Source of the DNA: Candidatus Altimarinota bacterium
GTDB lineage: Bacteria; Patescibacteriota; Gracilibacteria; UBA1369; 2-02-FULL-48-14
NCBI GenBank assembly: GCA_015485665.1
Contig: WFTC01000019.1
Span: 83-64,082 of the forward strand
Direction: 5' to 3'
Length of the DNA stretch: 64,000 nt
Positions 27,138-35,988 of this stretch are shown one piece after another; within the stretch, counting starts at the first letter, position 1, and every line of letters starts with the position of its first letter. Both the position numbers and the translations under genes were made by a program. The notes under the pieces were generated by a model that saw nothing but the letters and a program-made list of their open reading frames with translations, searched no databases and had not been told where the DNA came from.

Positions 27138-27605
27138 ATGGCGATTTATTTAGGTTTAGGTACGAATTTGGGGGATCGTGAGATGAATTTAATCAAGGCT
27201 AGAGATCTCTTGATGAAGCATGCTGTGCTTGTGGTTGGTCAATCTGAAATTAGAGAAACAAAGCCACTTGGAGGTTTGGACCAGCCATTGTATTTAAATC
27301 AGGTGGTGGAAGTGCAGACTGATTTGGAGCCTTTACATCTTCTTTTGGCTTGTAAGTTGGTTGAAAAAGAGATGGGGCGAGAGTCTGTCCAGCTTCCTGA
27401 CATTTCTAAAGTTGCAAATCTTAGCTTCGGACGTCCACCATGTTGTACTCCATCCGAATGGAAATCACGTATTATTGATATTGATATTTTGATTTATCAC
27501 CAAGTAAGCATGCAAAGTCCGCAACTTATATTGCCGCATCCGGGTAATAAAGAGCGTGATTTTGTATTGGCTGGCATTAGAGACTTGGATCCAAGCTTTA
27601 AATAG
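27138..27605 (+). CDS. folK: 2-amino-4-hydroxy-6-hydroxymethyldihydropteridine diphosphokinase (HPPK)
   Basis: It contains IYLGLGTNLGDRE, RIIDIDIL and ILPHPGNKERDFVL. Confidence 0.85.
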   Translation: MAIYLGLGTNLGDREMNLIKARDLLMKHAVLVVGQSEIRETKPLGGLDQPLYLNQVVEVQTDLEPLHLLLACKLVEKEMGRESVQLPDISKVANLSFGRPPCCTPSEWKSRIIDIDILIYHQVSMQSPQLILPHPGNKERDFVLAGIRDLDPSFK

Positions 27606-27619
27606 CTTACATTACATTT

Positions 27620-28372
27620 GTGAATGAAAGACAAAAAGCATTGAGGCTTAAAGCATTGGAAATCATACGCTCTCTCGGGAAGGGGCATAGCGGGCGTGTG
27701 CTTTCTGCAATAGACTTGATTGAAGGTCTTTATTTTGGCAGAGAAAATGGGCGTAATATTTTTTATTATGATGCAGATAAGCCTCAATGGACGGAGAGAG
27801 ATTTATTTGTATTGTCAAAGTGGGAAGCTCTACCTGCACTTTATGCTGTTTTATCTTATGCCGGATATAAACTTCCGGAAAATTTATCTTATTTTCCTGA
27901 TAGAAAGACTCCTGGAATTGAGGTAACCTTGAATAAGTCTGCTTACGGAATCTGCGTTGCTCTGGGCATGGCCAAAGCAGTTCAAATAGGTAGATTGAAT
28001 AGACATGTGTTTTGTCTTGCCGCCGATTATGAGTTTGATTTTGGTAAAGCTTGGGAAGTGGTGCAAGTGGCTGCTCAAGAGAAATTGGACAGGCTGTGTA
28101 TTATTCTTGATGCAAACCGTTTTGGTGATGCACGCATTCAAGAAAAATTTGAAGCCTTTGGATGGCGTGTCATTAAGCTGCGGGATGCTCATGATCATGA
28201 TGAGATTGTATATGCTTATATGCGAGCTCGTCTTACGCTGCGTAAGCCCACATTGATTTGGGCTTCAACAAAAAAATCAGCCGGTATTCCATTTGCAGAG
28301 CGGAAGCCTGAATATGATGACGTTTTATTTTCAGATACTGAAATGGAAGAAATTAAAAAAATCCTTATATGA
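27620..28372 (+). CDS. Transketolase N-terminal-subunit homolog, with catalytic motifs degenerate
   Basis: It is collinear with split-transketolase N subunits (GHSGRVLSAIDL, LPALYAVL, FGWRVI). However, GDG is replaced by ADY and SKGH by SKWE. The start codon is GTG. Confidence 0.65.
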   Translation: MNERQKALRLKALEIIRSLGKGHSGRVLSAIDLIEGLYFGRENGRNIFYYDADKPQWTERDLFVLSKWEALPALYAVLSYAGYKLPENLSYFPDRKTPGIEVTLNKSAYGICVALGMAKAVQIGRLNRHVFCLAADYEFDFGKAWEVVQVAAQEKLDRLCIILDANRFGDARIQEKFEAFGWRVIKLRDAHDHDEIVYAYMRARLTLRKPTLIWASTKKSAGIPFAERKPEYDDVLFSDTEMEEIKKILI

Positions 28373-28728
28373 ATGCATTTGTAAATTTAGATTTTATTCT
28401 CAGCAAGTTGGCTTTGAAATTTAAGCAACTTGTACTTATTGATACAAATTTCCCAAGTCCGCTTTTGCCAAATTTTGTATCTCTTTATCCACATAGATAT
28501 TTATTCATGCCTTGTCATGATGCTATTGTTTTGGAAACTGCAGCAGGTATTGCAAGCTTGGGTAATTTACCTTTGGTGATAGGTGCAAATGTAGACATTG
28601 TAGACATAGCTGATCCAACTCTTAACATTAAAATCCTTCAGCACGACAAATCATGTGATTTGGCTTCTTTTGAAAAAGCATTGTATTGTTTCGGTGCCGG
28701 AGTGGTATTGCTTCCAAAAGAGGAATAA
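28369..28728 (+). CDS. Remnant of the transketolase C-terminal (pyrimidine-binding) subunit, 119 aa
   Basis: LVLIDTNF...RYLFMPCHDAIVLETAAGIASLGNLPLV parallels DADL...RFFNMGIAEQNMVGVAAGLA. Complete homologs are about 310 aa. Confidence 0.45.
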   Translation: MNAFVNLDFILSKLALKFKQLVLIDTNFPSPLLPNFVSLYPHRYLFMPCHDAIVLETAAGIASLGNLPLVIGANVDIVDIADPTLNIKILQHDKSCDLASFEKALYCFGAGVVLLPKEE

Positions 28729-28758
28729 CGTAAATTTAAGTCAGTTAAAACAGAATTC

Positions 28759-29703
28759 ATGGTAAGATTTAAAAATTTGCGCATTTATTCTGGAACTTCA
28801 CATCCAAGCTTGGCTGCAGATGTGGCACGTTATCTTCAGGTGCCTTTGTCCAAGATGGAAATTTCACGCTTTGCTTGCGGTGAGATTTATGCAAAGCCTA
28901 CAGATTCCGTAAGAGGAGCTGATATTTTTCTTGTGCAAACATGTACACATAGCGTCAATGAAGATTTAATGGAGCTTTTTATCATGATTGATGCACTCAA
29001 GCGCTCATTCGCAGGTAAGATTCATGTGATTATGCCACATTTTGGTTATGCACGTCAGGATAGAGTTGCAACGCCGCGTGAACCCATTTCAGCAAAAGTG
29101 GTGGCTAATTTGATTTCAGCTGCCGGTGCGGATCATGTGATTATGGTGCAAGTGCATAGTGATCAAGCGCAAGGATTTTTCCCTTATCCGGTTGATAATC
29201 TTCATACGCGTAAACTTTTTGCTGATTATCTGAAGAAGAAAAAATTTAAAGATGCCGTTGTTGTTGCTCCTGACGCAGGTGCAGCTAAAGATGCAAACAA
29301 GTTAGCCAGAGAGCTTGGTGTGCCTCTTGCCGTGCTTACAAAAGAAAGACCGGAATTTAATGTTGCTGAAGTTACAGCTGTTATCGGTCAGGTCAAAGAT
29401 AAAACGTGTATTCTAACCGATGATATGATTGATACCGCCGGTAGTGTATGTGCAGCTCATAAAGCTTTGATTGATCAAGGTGCTTTACCTGATATTTATC
29501 TTACTGCCACTCATGCAGTCTTTTCAGGACCGGCAATTGAACGTTTGAAAGCTACAGGATTTAAAGAGGTAATTGTAAGCGATTCCATTCCTATGAATAA
29601 AGAGCATGAATTTAAAGGACTTAAAATTTTATCAGTTGCTCCCATGCTGGCTAGAGTGATCCGTAGTGTTCACGATAATAAGTCTGTTACAGAAGCACTT
29701 TAA
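28759..29703 (+). CDS. prs: Ribose-phosphate pyrophosphokinase
   Basis: It contains YARQDRV, VVVAPDAGAAKDA and ILTDDMIDTAGS. Confidence 0.95.
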   Translation: MVRFKNLRIYSGTSHPSLAADVARYLQVPLSKMEISRFACGEIYAKPTDSVRGADIFLVQTCTHSVNEDLMELFIMIDALKRSFAGKIHVIMPHFGYARQDRVATPREPISAKVVANLISAAGADHVIMVQVHSDQAQGFFPYPVDNLHTRKLFADYLKKKKFKDAVVVAPDAGAAKDANKLARELGVPLAVLTKERPEFNVAEVTAVIGQVKDKTCILTDDMIDTAGSVCAAHKALIDQGALPDIYLTATHAVFSGPAIERLKATGFKEVIVSDSIPMNKEHEFKGLKILSVAPMLARVIRSVHDNKSVTEAL

Positions 29704-29713
29704 CCCAAAAATT

Positions 29714-30157
29714 ATGGATATTTATTTAGGAAGTGATCATGCCGGTGTACTCTTGAAGAAGAAAGTGCTTTCTCATCTGAGAGAATCCGGACATAAAGCT
29801 ATTGATCTTGGCGTCTTTGATGAAGTCAATAAGGTTGATTATCCGGATATTGCAAGGGAAGTTGGGGAGAAGGTTTTGGAGAATAATGGGTCCAGAGGTG
29901 TGCTTGTGTGTGGAACCGGCATAGGCATGAGTATTGCCGCAAATAAAATGAAAGGTATTCGTGCCGCTTGTGTGCATGATGTTACTACCGCTGAAATGGC
30001 TGCCAAGCATAACAATGCAAACATAATTACTTTTGGAGAGCGTGTTCTTGGTGAACAAGTTGCGCGGGATATGATTGATGTGTGGCTAAAAACTCCTTTT
30101 GAAGGGGGACGACACGAAGATAGATTGAATAAAATTTCCAATATTGAAAATGATTAA
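29714..30157 (+). CDS. rpiB: Ribose-5-phosphate isomerase B
   Basis: It contains IYLGSDHAG and LVCGTGIGMSIAANK. The start is at ATG 29714. Confidence 0.9.
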   Translation: MDIYLGSDHAGVLLKKKVLSHLRESGHKAIDLGVFDEVNKVDYPDIAREVGEKVLENNGSRGVLVCGTGIGMSIAANKMKGIRAACVHDVTTAEMAAKHNNANIITFGERVLGEQVARDMIDVWLKTPFEGGRHEDRLNKISNIEND

Positions 30158-30773
30158 AATAGCACCTTCAATTTTATCTGCCGATTTCGGATGCCTCAAT
30201 GAAGAGATAGCCACGGTTGAGCCTTTTTCGGATTTGATTACGGTAGATGTTATGGATGGAATTTTTGTTCCGAATATAACGGTTGGCATGGGAGTTGTGA
30301 GAGATCTGAAAACTTCTTTGCCGATTGAATGCCATTTGATGATTGTGGAGCCTTGGAAATATGTTGAGCAATTTTTGGATGCCGGTGCGGATATTGTATC
30401 TGTTCATTTTGAGGCAACTGGAGAAAAAACAGCGCAAACCCTTCAAATGATTAGAGAAAAAGGTGGGCGCAGTTCTCTTGCCATTAAACCTGCTACATCT
30501 ATTGATGAAATTCTTCCATTTCTGCCACTGATGGACTTTTGTGTGGTTATGAGCGTTGAGCCCGGATTTGGCGGGCAAAGTTTTTTGCCTTCTGCTCTGC
30601 CAAAAATTCGTAAATTAAGAGAACAAAAGCCGGAACTTGAAATTATTGTTGATGGAGGTATAAATTCAGAAACAGCCCCTCAAGCAATTAAGGCAGGTGC
30701 CGATATTTTGGTCTCAGGTTCTTATATTTTTAAAGCGGAAGATAGAGGCGCTGCAATTGCATCTCTACGATGA
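30144..30773 (+). CDS. rpe: Ribulose-phosphate 3-epimerase
   Basis: It contains IAPSILSADF, VDVMDGIFVPN, MSVEPGFGGQSF and VDGGIN. Confidence 0.9.
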   Translation: MKMIKIAPSILSADFGCLNEEIATVEPFSDLITVDVMDGIFVPNITVGMGVVRDLKTSLPIECHLMIVEPWKYVEQFLDAGADIVSVHFEATGEKTAQTLQMIREKGGRSSLAIKPATSIDEILPFLPLMDFCVVMSVEPGFGGQSFLPSALPKIRKLREQKPELEIIVDGGINSETAPQAIKAGADILVSGSYIFKAEDRGAAIASLR

Positions 30774-31328
30774 TCAGTCATGTTGCTTTACAGAGTAAAT
30801 ACATGAATAGCCTTTTGCTGATTTAAGTTTTTTATAATTTCCGAAAAGCATTTTGAGTTCTTTTTTAATGTACTCTTTTAGACCTGCAATGCTTACAATA
30901 TAAAGCTTTCCTCCGGTGTTTAAATAGCTGAGAGAGTCTTCAAGCATTTTTCTAAGCATTTCTTTACCGACTTTTGCCGGTATGTTAGATGCAATTAAAT
31001 CAAAACGAACATCATCCGGAACATGGCTAAACCCATTGCTGAGGTATACTTTGACATTATCCAGGTTATTTAATGTGGCATTACGTTGACTGAAATCTAC
31101 GGCTACGAAGTCTTTGTCTACCATATGCACAATTTTTGCTTCTTTTGCTAATGTAAGTCCAATAGCTCCATATCCGCACCCAAGATCAAGTACGAGAGCA
31201 TCATGAGGAAGGGTAATTTGTTTTAAAAGTTGCTGAGTTCCTTCATCTATTTTTTTCGGACTGAAAAGTCCCCATGTAGTGTTGAAGCTCATTTTATGTC
31301 CTTGCAGTCTTGCGTCAATACTTGGCAT
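30774..31328 (-). CDS. Class I SAM-dependent methyltransferase (RsmC/RsmD-like small-domain type)
   Basis: It contains VLDLGCGYGAIGLTLA and the NIPAKVG motif. Confidence 0.7.
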   Translation of the reverse strand: MPSIDARLQGHKMSFNTTWGLFSPKKIDEGTQQLLKQITLPHDALVLDLGCGYGAIGLTLAKEAKIVHMVDKDFVAVDFSQRNATLNNLDNVKVYLSNGFSHVPDDVRFDLIASNIPAKVGKEMLRKMLEDSLSYLNTGGKLYIVSIAGLKEYIKKELKMLFGNYKKLKSAKGYSCIYSVKQHD

Positions 31329-31353
31329 GGGTGCATTTTAATCTGAAAGTATA

Positions 31354-31920
31354 TTATTTGTGAAGGGCATACTTTTTTCTATGTTTGTGTATGTAATAAA
31401 GACCGCTTACTATTGCAATTATCATAATTACAATAAACCAAGGATTTTTTAAAGCACCACCGCTGCCTATGTATGCAAGTGAAAAAGCCGTTCCACTGTT
31501 TCCAATGATTGTAATTGCTAAGAAAGTGCTCTTTTTAAGTTTGGATAATCCAAGTATATAAGCAAGGCTATCACTTGGTGTGAAAGGTATAAAGCACAGA
31601 GTTGCATATAGTAAAACACTGCTTTCATTTTGGATGAGATAGTCGTATTTCCCAAGATTCTTTTTAGAGAGCAGTTTTTCAACCAATTTGCGTCCAAAAT
31701 TTTGAGCAATTATGAAAGAGATAAATGTTCCTATTATTTTACAAAGCCAATTTATAAGTCCTCCAATGAATGTGCCATATATGAAGCCAGTACTCATTCC
31801 AAGAAGTGAGAAGTTTAGAGGGGTGATGATTACGGATATTATGCCCCAAAGTATATAAATCAGGATTCCAAAAATTCCGAAATTTTGCATGAAATTCAGT
31901 ATTTCTTCTTGGCTTGGCAT
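31354..31920 (-). CDS. TVP38/TMEM64 (DedA-related) family membrane protein
   Basis: The protein is polytopic with a FIPFTPSDSLAYILG-type motif. Confidence 0.65.
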   Translation of the reverse strand: MPSQEEILNFMQNFGIFGILIYILWGIISVIITPLNFSLLGMSTGFIYGTFIGGLINWLCKIIGTFISFIIAQNFGRKLVEKLLSKKNLGKYDYLIQNESSVLLYATLCFIPFTPSDSLAYILGLSKLKKSTFLAITIIGNSGTAFSLAYIGSGGALKNPWFIVIMIIAIVSGLYYIHKHRKKYALHK

Positions 31921-31981
31921 GATGGTGAGAATTGTAAGCCTTTAAAACATAAAAAGCCTTAAACTTTCAAGGCCACATTTA

Positions 31982-32536
31982 TTATACAGTATTAAGTATG
32001 GCACAGCAGCCAGATGCCATTCTAGCGATTTCATTTTGATGCTTTTCTATCATGCATCTTGCCTCTCTATTGAGAACATCGCTTGCCACACTATTTACCT
32101 GTTGCGTAAATGCTGTATCAAAGTTTATTTTAAATAATTGATAAGCTGCCTTTATTCTTTCCGCATCCATTAGGTACCTTTCCCATTGCTTACGGTGATA
32201 ATCTATGTTAAATCGGCTTTCTAACAGATTTGCAGGCGTTCGTGGTGGGAGCCCCTTTTCAGCAAGTTGTTCTGCACGTTCACGCACTGCTACACTTGCT
32301 TGTTTATTTACAATTATTGTTAAGTATGGGAAGTCATTCAATACACCTAGTATTACTATTTTTACTGCTCTATCGATATTGTCTGGATTTCTAGTGTATT
32401 TGCTCGTGAAATCACGATCACACCATTTCCCTGCAAGTCTTTCACCATCTTTATTGCTTTTATTACTAGGATTCCTACGAAATTGTTCCGTTAATGTGTC
32501 GAAAGGTTGTCCATCTACAAGTGTAATTCCAAACAT
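31982..32536 (-). CDS. Hypothetical protein (orphan)
   Basis: The ORF is 184 aa, soluble, and has locally elevated GC. I recognise no domain. The plus-strand ORF 32205..32558 looks like an antisense artefact. Confidence 0.45.
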   Translation of the reverse strand: MFGITLVDGQPFDTLTEQFRRNPSNKSNKDGERLAGKWCDRDFTSKYTRNPDNIDRAVKIVILGVLNDFPYLTIIVNKQASVAVRERAEQLAEKGLPPRTPANLLESRFNIDYHRKQWERYLMDAERIKAAYQLFKINFDTAFTQQVNSVASDVLNREARCMIEKHQNEIARMASGCCAILNTV

Positions 32537-32636
32537 AATATGTATTTTTTGGATCTAGGATTGAATATATGCACGAATAATAACATAAAATAATTATGCG
32601 TCAAAATAATTCTCTATCTACAATATGTGTAATGCG

Positions 32637-32663
32637 TTGACAATAGGGGTGGGGGTATATAAA
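32637..32663 (+). promoter_or_regulatory. Candidate promoter TTGACA-15-TATAAA with a G4-T-G5 tract in the spacer (possible CsoR-family operator half-site)
   Basis: TTGACAATAGGGGTGGGGGTATATAAA lies 26 nt upstream of the GTG start of the CsoR-like gene. Confidence 0.35.
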
Positions 32664-32688
32664 GTTAGAGTGCTTTAATTCATCTTCC

Positions 32689-32952
32689 GTGGATAAGAAA
32701 AATCTCATTCATCGTCTAAGTCGCATTCAGGGTCAGGTGGATGCAATTAAAAAATCACTTGCAGAGCCCGGGTTTGACAAAAATGAATGTCTTGCGAATC
32801 TACAGCTTTTAAAAGCCGTAATTAACGGATTGAAAAAATTCGGTGCGGCTTATATGTCTCAAGCGGTAGGCGATTGTATTGATAAAGATATATCAAAATC
32901 GGAATTGGAGGGCTTGATGCAATTGGCAATTGATACCGGTTTTGATATTTAA
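32689..32952 (+). CDS. CsoR/RcnR/CstR-family metal- or persulfide-sensing repressor (DUF156)
   Basis: It contains RLSRIQGQVDAIKKSL, C-x-LQLLKAV and GDC, and is 87 aa long. Confidence 0.8.
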   Translation: MDKKNLIHRLSRIQGQVDAIKKSLAEPGFDKNECLANLQLLKAVINGLKKFGAAYMSQAVGDCIDKDISKSELEGLMQLAIDTGFDI

Positions 32953-32980
32953 AACTTTTTATTCTGTAAATTTTATTTTT

Positions 32981-33499
32981 ATGTCTCATAGCATTTCAGT
33001 ACGTGAACTTAAAAAAATTCTTGATACGGATAAGCCTGCAAATACTATTTTGATTGATGTGCGTACGGCTCCCGAACATAAAGCCACTCATATTAAAGGT
33101 GCAGTAAATATTCCTTTGAATGAATTGGAGGCAAGAAAGGCGGAACTTGAAAAATATGATACAATATTTCTTCATTGTCGCAGTGGGGGCAGGAGCCGGA
33201 GCGCTTGCAATGTGCTTTCTGATATTAAATCCAATATTGTGAATGTTGAAGGAGGTATTTTGGAATGGCAATCTGAAGGTTTTGCAGTTGAAAAGGGTAA
33301 AAGTTTTTATCTTCCTCTTATTCAGCAGGTACATATTTTGGCAGGTGCTTTGGTAAGTTTAGGAGCTATTTTGGCATTGACCATCAATCCGCAATGGGTG
33401 ATTCTTTCACTTTTTATAGGATTGGGTCTTGTTTTTGCCGGTATTACCGGTTGGTGTGGTATGGCTAAGATGCTCGAACTAATGCCATGGAATAAATAA
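32981..33499 (+). CDS. Rhodanese domain fused to a DUF2892 (YgaP-like) membrane domain
   Basis: The active-site loop is HCRSGGRS. The C-terminus has two TM helices with GWCGM. The start is at ATG 32981. Confidence 0.8.
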   Translation: MSHSISVRELKKILDTDKPANTILIDVRTAPEHKATHIKGAVNIPLNELEARKAELEKYDTIFLHCRSGGRSRSACNVLSDIKSNIVNVEGGILEWQSEGFAVEKGKSFYLPLIQQVHILAGALVSLGAILALTINPQWVILSLFIGLGLVFAGITGWCGMAKMLELMPWNK

Positions 33500-33526
33500 A
33501 GTATTTTTTAAATTAACCTTTTTTAT

Positions 33527-34408
33527 ATGAAAAAAAAATTAAATGGCAGCCCGGTTGTATATTCATTTTTTGATTACGCCACAAATACGGTGAGTCATGT
33601 TGTTGTTGATGAGTCTACAGGTAAAGTTGCGATTGTTGACAGTGTTATGGATTATGAGCCCAATTCCGCACATATTTCCTTTGAATCCGCTGATCGCATT
33701 ATTAAATTTATTCAAGAAAATAATTGGGAACTTCAATGGATTATTGAAACTCATGCTCATGCCGATCATTTATCAGCTGCTCCTTATATTCAGAAGAAAT
33801 TAGGGGGAACTTTCGCTATAAGCGAGCATATTACAATTGTACAAAATGTATTTGCAAAGATTTTTAATTTGGGAGAGGATTTTGATACTAAAGCCGGTCA
33901 ATTTGATAAGTTGTTTAAAGATGGTGAATCTTTTAAATTGGGCTCCATTGAAGCTTATGTGATTCATACCCCCGGTCATACCCCTGCGGATATGACCTAT
34001 GTTATAGGTGATGCAGCTTTTGTTGGAGATACTTTGTTCATGCCTGATTTTGGCACCGCTCGTTGTGATTTTCCCGGTGGTAGCGCAGAAACTTTGTATG
34101 AATCCATTCAGAAGATTTTTGCTTTACCGGATTCCACAAGACTGTTTATGTGTCATGATTATCTCCCCGAAGGAAGGGAAGAGTATTGTTGGGAATCAAG
34201 CGTTAAAGATGAAAAAGAGCGTAATATTCATGTTGGAGGTTCTAATGATAAAGCCGATTTTGTAAAAATGAGAACGGAGCGAGACGCAAAACTCACCATG
34301 CCAAGATTGATTCTTCCAGCTATTCAGGTGAATATACGAGGTGGACATTTGCCGCCTGAGGAAGATAATGGGGTTTCTTATTTGAAAATACCTGTCAATA
34401 AACTATAA
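33527..34408 (+). CDS. MBL-fold metallo-hydrolase, persulfide dioxygenase-like
   Basis: It contains [16 protein letters not shown] and FVGDTLF. Its genomic context is a rhodanese gene and a CsoR-family repressor gene. Confidence 0.75.
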   Translation: MKKKLNGSPVVYSFFDYATNTVSHVVVDESTGKVAIVDSVMDYEPNSAHISFESADRIIKFIQENNWELQWIIETHAHADHLSAAPYIQKKLGGTFAISEHITIVQNVFAKIFNLGEDFDTKAGQFDKLFKDGESFKLGSIEAYVIHTPGHTPADMTYVIGDAAFVGDTLFMPDFGTARCDFPGGSAETLYESIQKIFALPDSTRLFMCHDYLPEGREEYCWESSVKDEKERNIHVGGSNDKADFVKMRTERDAKLTMPRLILPAIQVNIRGGHLPPEEDNGVSYLKIPVNKL

Positions 34409-34425
34409 AACTGTAAATTCCAAAA

Positions 34426-34502
34426 TGGTGATCCCGACAGGATTTGAACCTGTGACCTTTGGTTCCGCAAACCAACGCTCTATCCAACTGAGCTACGGGA
34501 TC
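34426..34502 (-). tRNA. tRNA-Arg (anticodon GCG), CCA encoded
   Basis: Reverse complement: GATCCCGTAGCTCAGTTGGATAGAGCGTTGGTTTGCGGAACCAAAGGTCACAGGTTCAAATCCTGTCGGGATCACCA. The anticodon loop is TTGCGGA. Confidence 0.85.
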
Positions 34503-34574
34503 ATTAATTGTGGGCATTGTAGGCAAAAATGATTTATTATGCAAGAGAGTGCAACATCAGTGTCTTACACCTTT

Positions 34575-35117
34575 ATGAAAAAAAACACAAAAAAAACTTT
34601 ATTTACATTGCTTGGACTTACTGTGTTTTTTTTGGCAATAGCTTTGTTTTTTGAGCCGCAATTCAGATGGGCGGGTGATGTTATTTTAGCACGTTTCGGT
34701 TTGCGAGGACTGATGGGGGCTATTGTTATTTTGGATTATTTTTTACAGCCTTTCCCTCCGGATATTCTTGTTTACAGTTATGTTTTGTCTGAAGGAAATA
34801 TTGCTCTTGTTGCAGCTTTAGCTGGTGCTGCCAGTGTATTTGCAGGAGTTTTGGGTTATATTACAGGTTGGTTTTTAGAGCATGAAGGTGCTGTGAAATT
34901 CATTAAGGCTCATCATTATCGTCAAGCTCAAGAATTATTTGAAAATTATGGCTTTTGGGCTGTGCTCATAGGCGCACTTACTCCTGTTCCTTTTAATGTG
35001 ATTTGTTGGTCTGCCGGCGTTTTCAAAATGCCTTTTAGATACTTCTTGTTCAGTGCCGTTGTAACGCGTGGTCCAAGATTCTTTTTAGTGGCTTTGATTG
35101 CTTTGGTGGCTAGTTGA
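34575..35117 (+). CDS. DedA/YqaA-type (VTT domain) membrane protein
   Basis: The protein is polytopic with the motifs FLQPFPPDILV and LTPVPFNV. I chose the start at ATG 34575. Confidence 0.6.
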   Translation: MKKNTKKTLFTLLGLTVFFLAIALFFEPQFRWAGDVILARFGLRGLMGAIVILDYFLQPFPPDILVYSYVLSEGNIALVAALAGAASVFAGVLGYITGWFLEHEGAVKFIKAHHYRQAQELFENYGFWAVLIGALTPVPFNVICWSAGVFKMPFRYFLFSAVVTRGPRFFLVALIALVAS

Positions 35118-35910
35118 TTAAATCTCCACCGTGATCTTTAATTACCTTAATCAAGTCATGGTGCAGTGTGCCATTACTGGCTAAAACACGTCCGTTTTTT
35201 GGGCTTAGCAATGCACCGTTCATATCTGTCATTATTCCCCCTGCTTCTTCTAAAATAATTTTTGCAGCTGCAATATCCCATGGTTTTAATTTGTAGTGAA
35301 AAAATGCATCTAAGCGACCGGCGGCAATGTAGGCTCCTTCCAAGGCGGATGAGCCAAGCCTACGTACTCCACGGCAAGTTGAGTGCATATCATAGGCTAT
35401 TTTATGAGTCATTTTTCTGACCGGATCTTTTCTGTCGTAAGGATAGCCGTAGCTAAAGAGCATTTTTTGTATATGGGAGGTTTTAGATACTTGCAATTTT
35501 CTTTTTCCACAAAAAGCTCCATGACCTTGTTTCGCCCAGAAAACTTCTCCAAGTGCCGGAGCTTCCACAACGCCGATTATCGGTATTCCTTTATGAATAA
35601 TGGCGATAGAGACGCAGTAATATGGAAGTCCATGTGCAAAATTTACAGTTCCGTCAATTGGATCCACAATCCATTTATATTCTGATTTCGGATCTCCTAT
35701 TGAACCTGATTCTTCCGTTAATATGGCATGGTCTGGAAAATTGTCTTTGATTGTTTTTAATATAAGCCTTTCGCATGCTTTGTCAGCTTCCGTAACAATG
35801 TCCACACCTCCTTTTGATTCCACTTTGAATCCGTTTTCTTGATATTCCAGTGCTAACTTTCCTGCATCATGTGCAAGTTTTTTGGCAATTTGCAGTAGGT
35901 GTAATGGCAT
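35110..35910 (-). CDS. Inositol monophosphatase family protein
   Basis: It contains WIVDPIDGTVNF and KPWDIAAA. Confidence 0.85.
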   Translation of the reverse strand: MPLHLLQIAKKLAHDAGKLALEYQENGFKVESKGGVDIVTEADKACERLILKTIKDNFPDHAILTEESGSIGDPKSEYKWIVDPIDGTVNFAHGLPYYCVSIAIIHKGIPIIGVVEAPALGEVFWAKQGHGAFCGKRKLQVSKTSHIQKMLFSYGYPYDRKDPVRKMTHKIAYDMHSTCRGVRRLGSSALEGAYIAAGRLDAFFHYKLKPWDIAAAKIILEEAGGIMTDMNGALLSPKNGRVLASNGTLHHDLIKVIKDHGGDLIN

Positions 35911-35960
35911 TTTTTAAATTAACTTGAGTGAACTATAGCATATTTTTTTGCAGAGATAGC

Positions 35961-35988
35961 TTGACAAAATTAATAAATCTTATAAAAT
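35961..35988 (+). promoter_or_regulatory. Candidate promoter TTGACA-16-TAAAAT upstream of uvrB
   Basis: Exact TTGACA is at 35961-35966 and the -10 element at 35983-35988. This implies a leader of about 200 nt. Confidence 0.35.

Noticed and set aside
32205-32558. 117-aa plus-strand ORF
   Set aside because: It is a Ser/Leu-rich low-complexity translation, antisense to the longer and compositionally normal minus-strand ORF 31982..32536.
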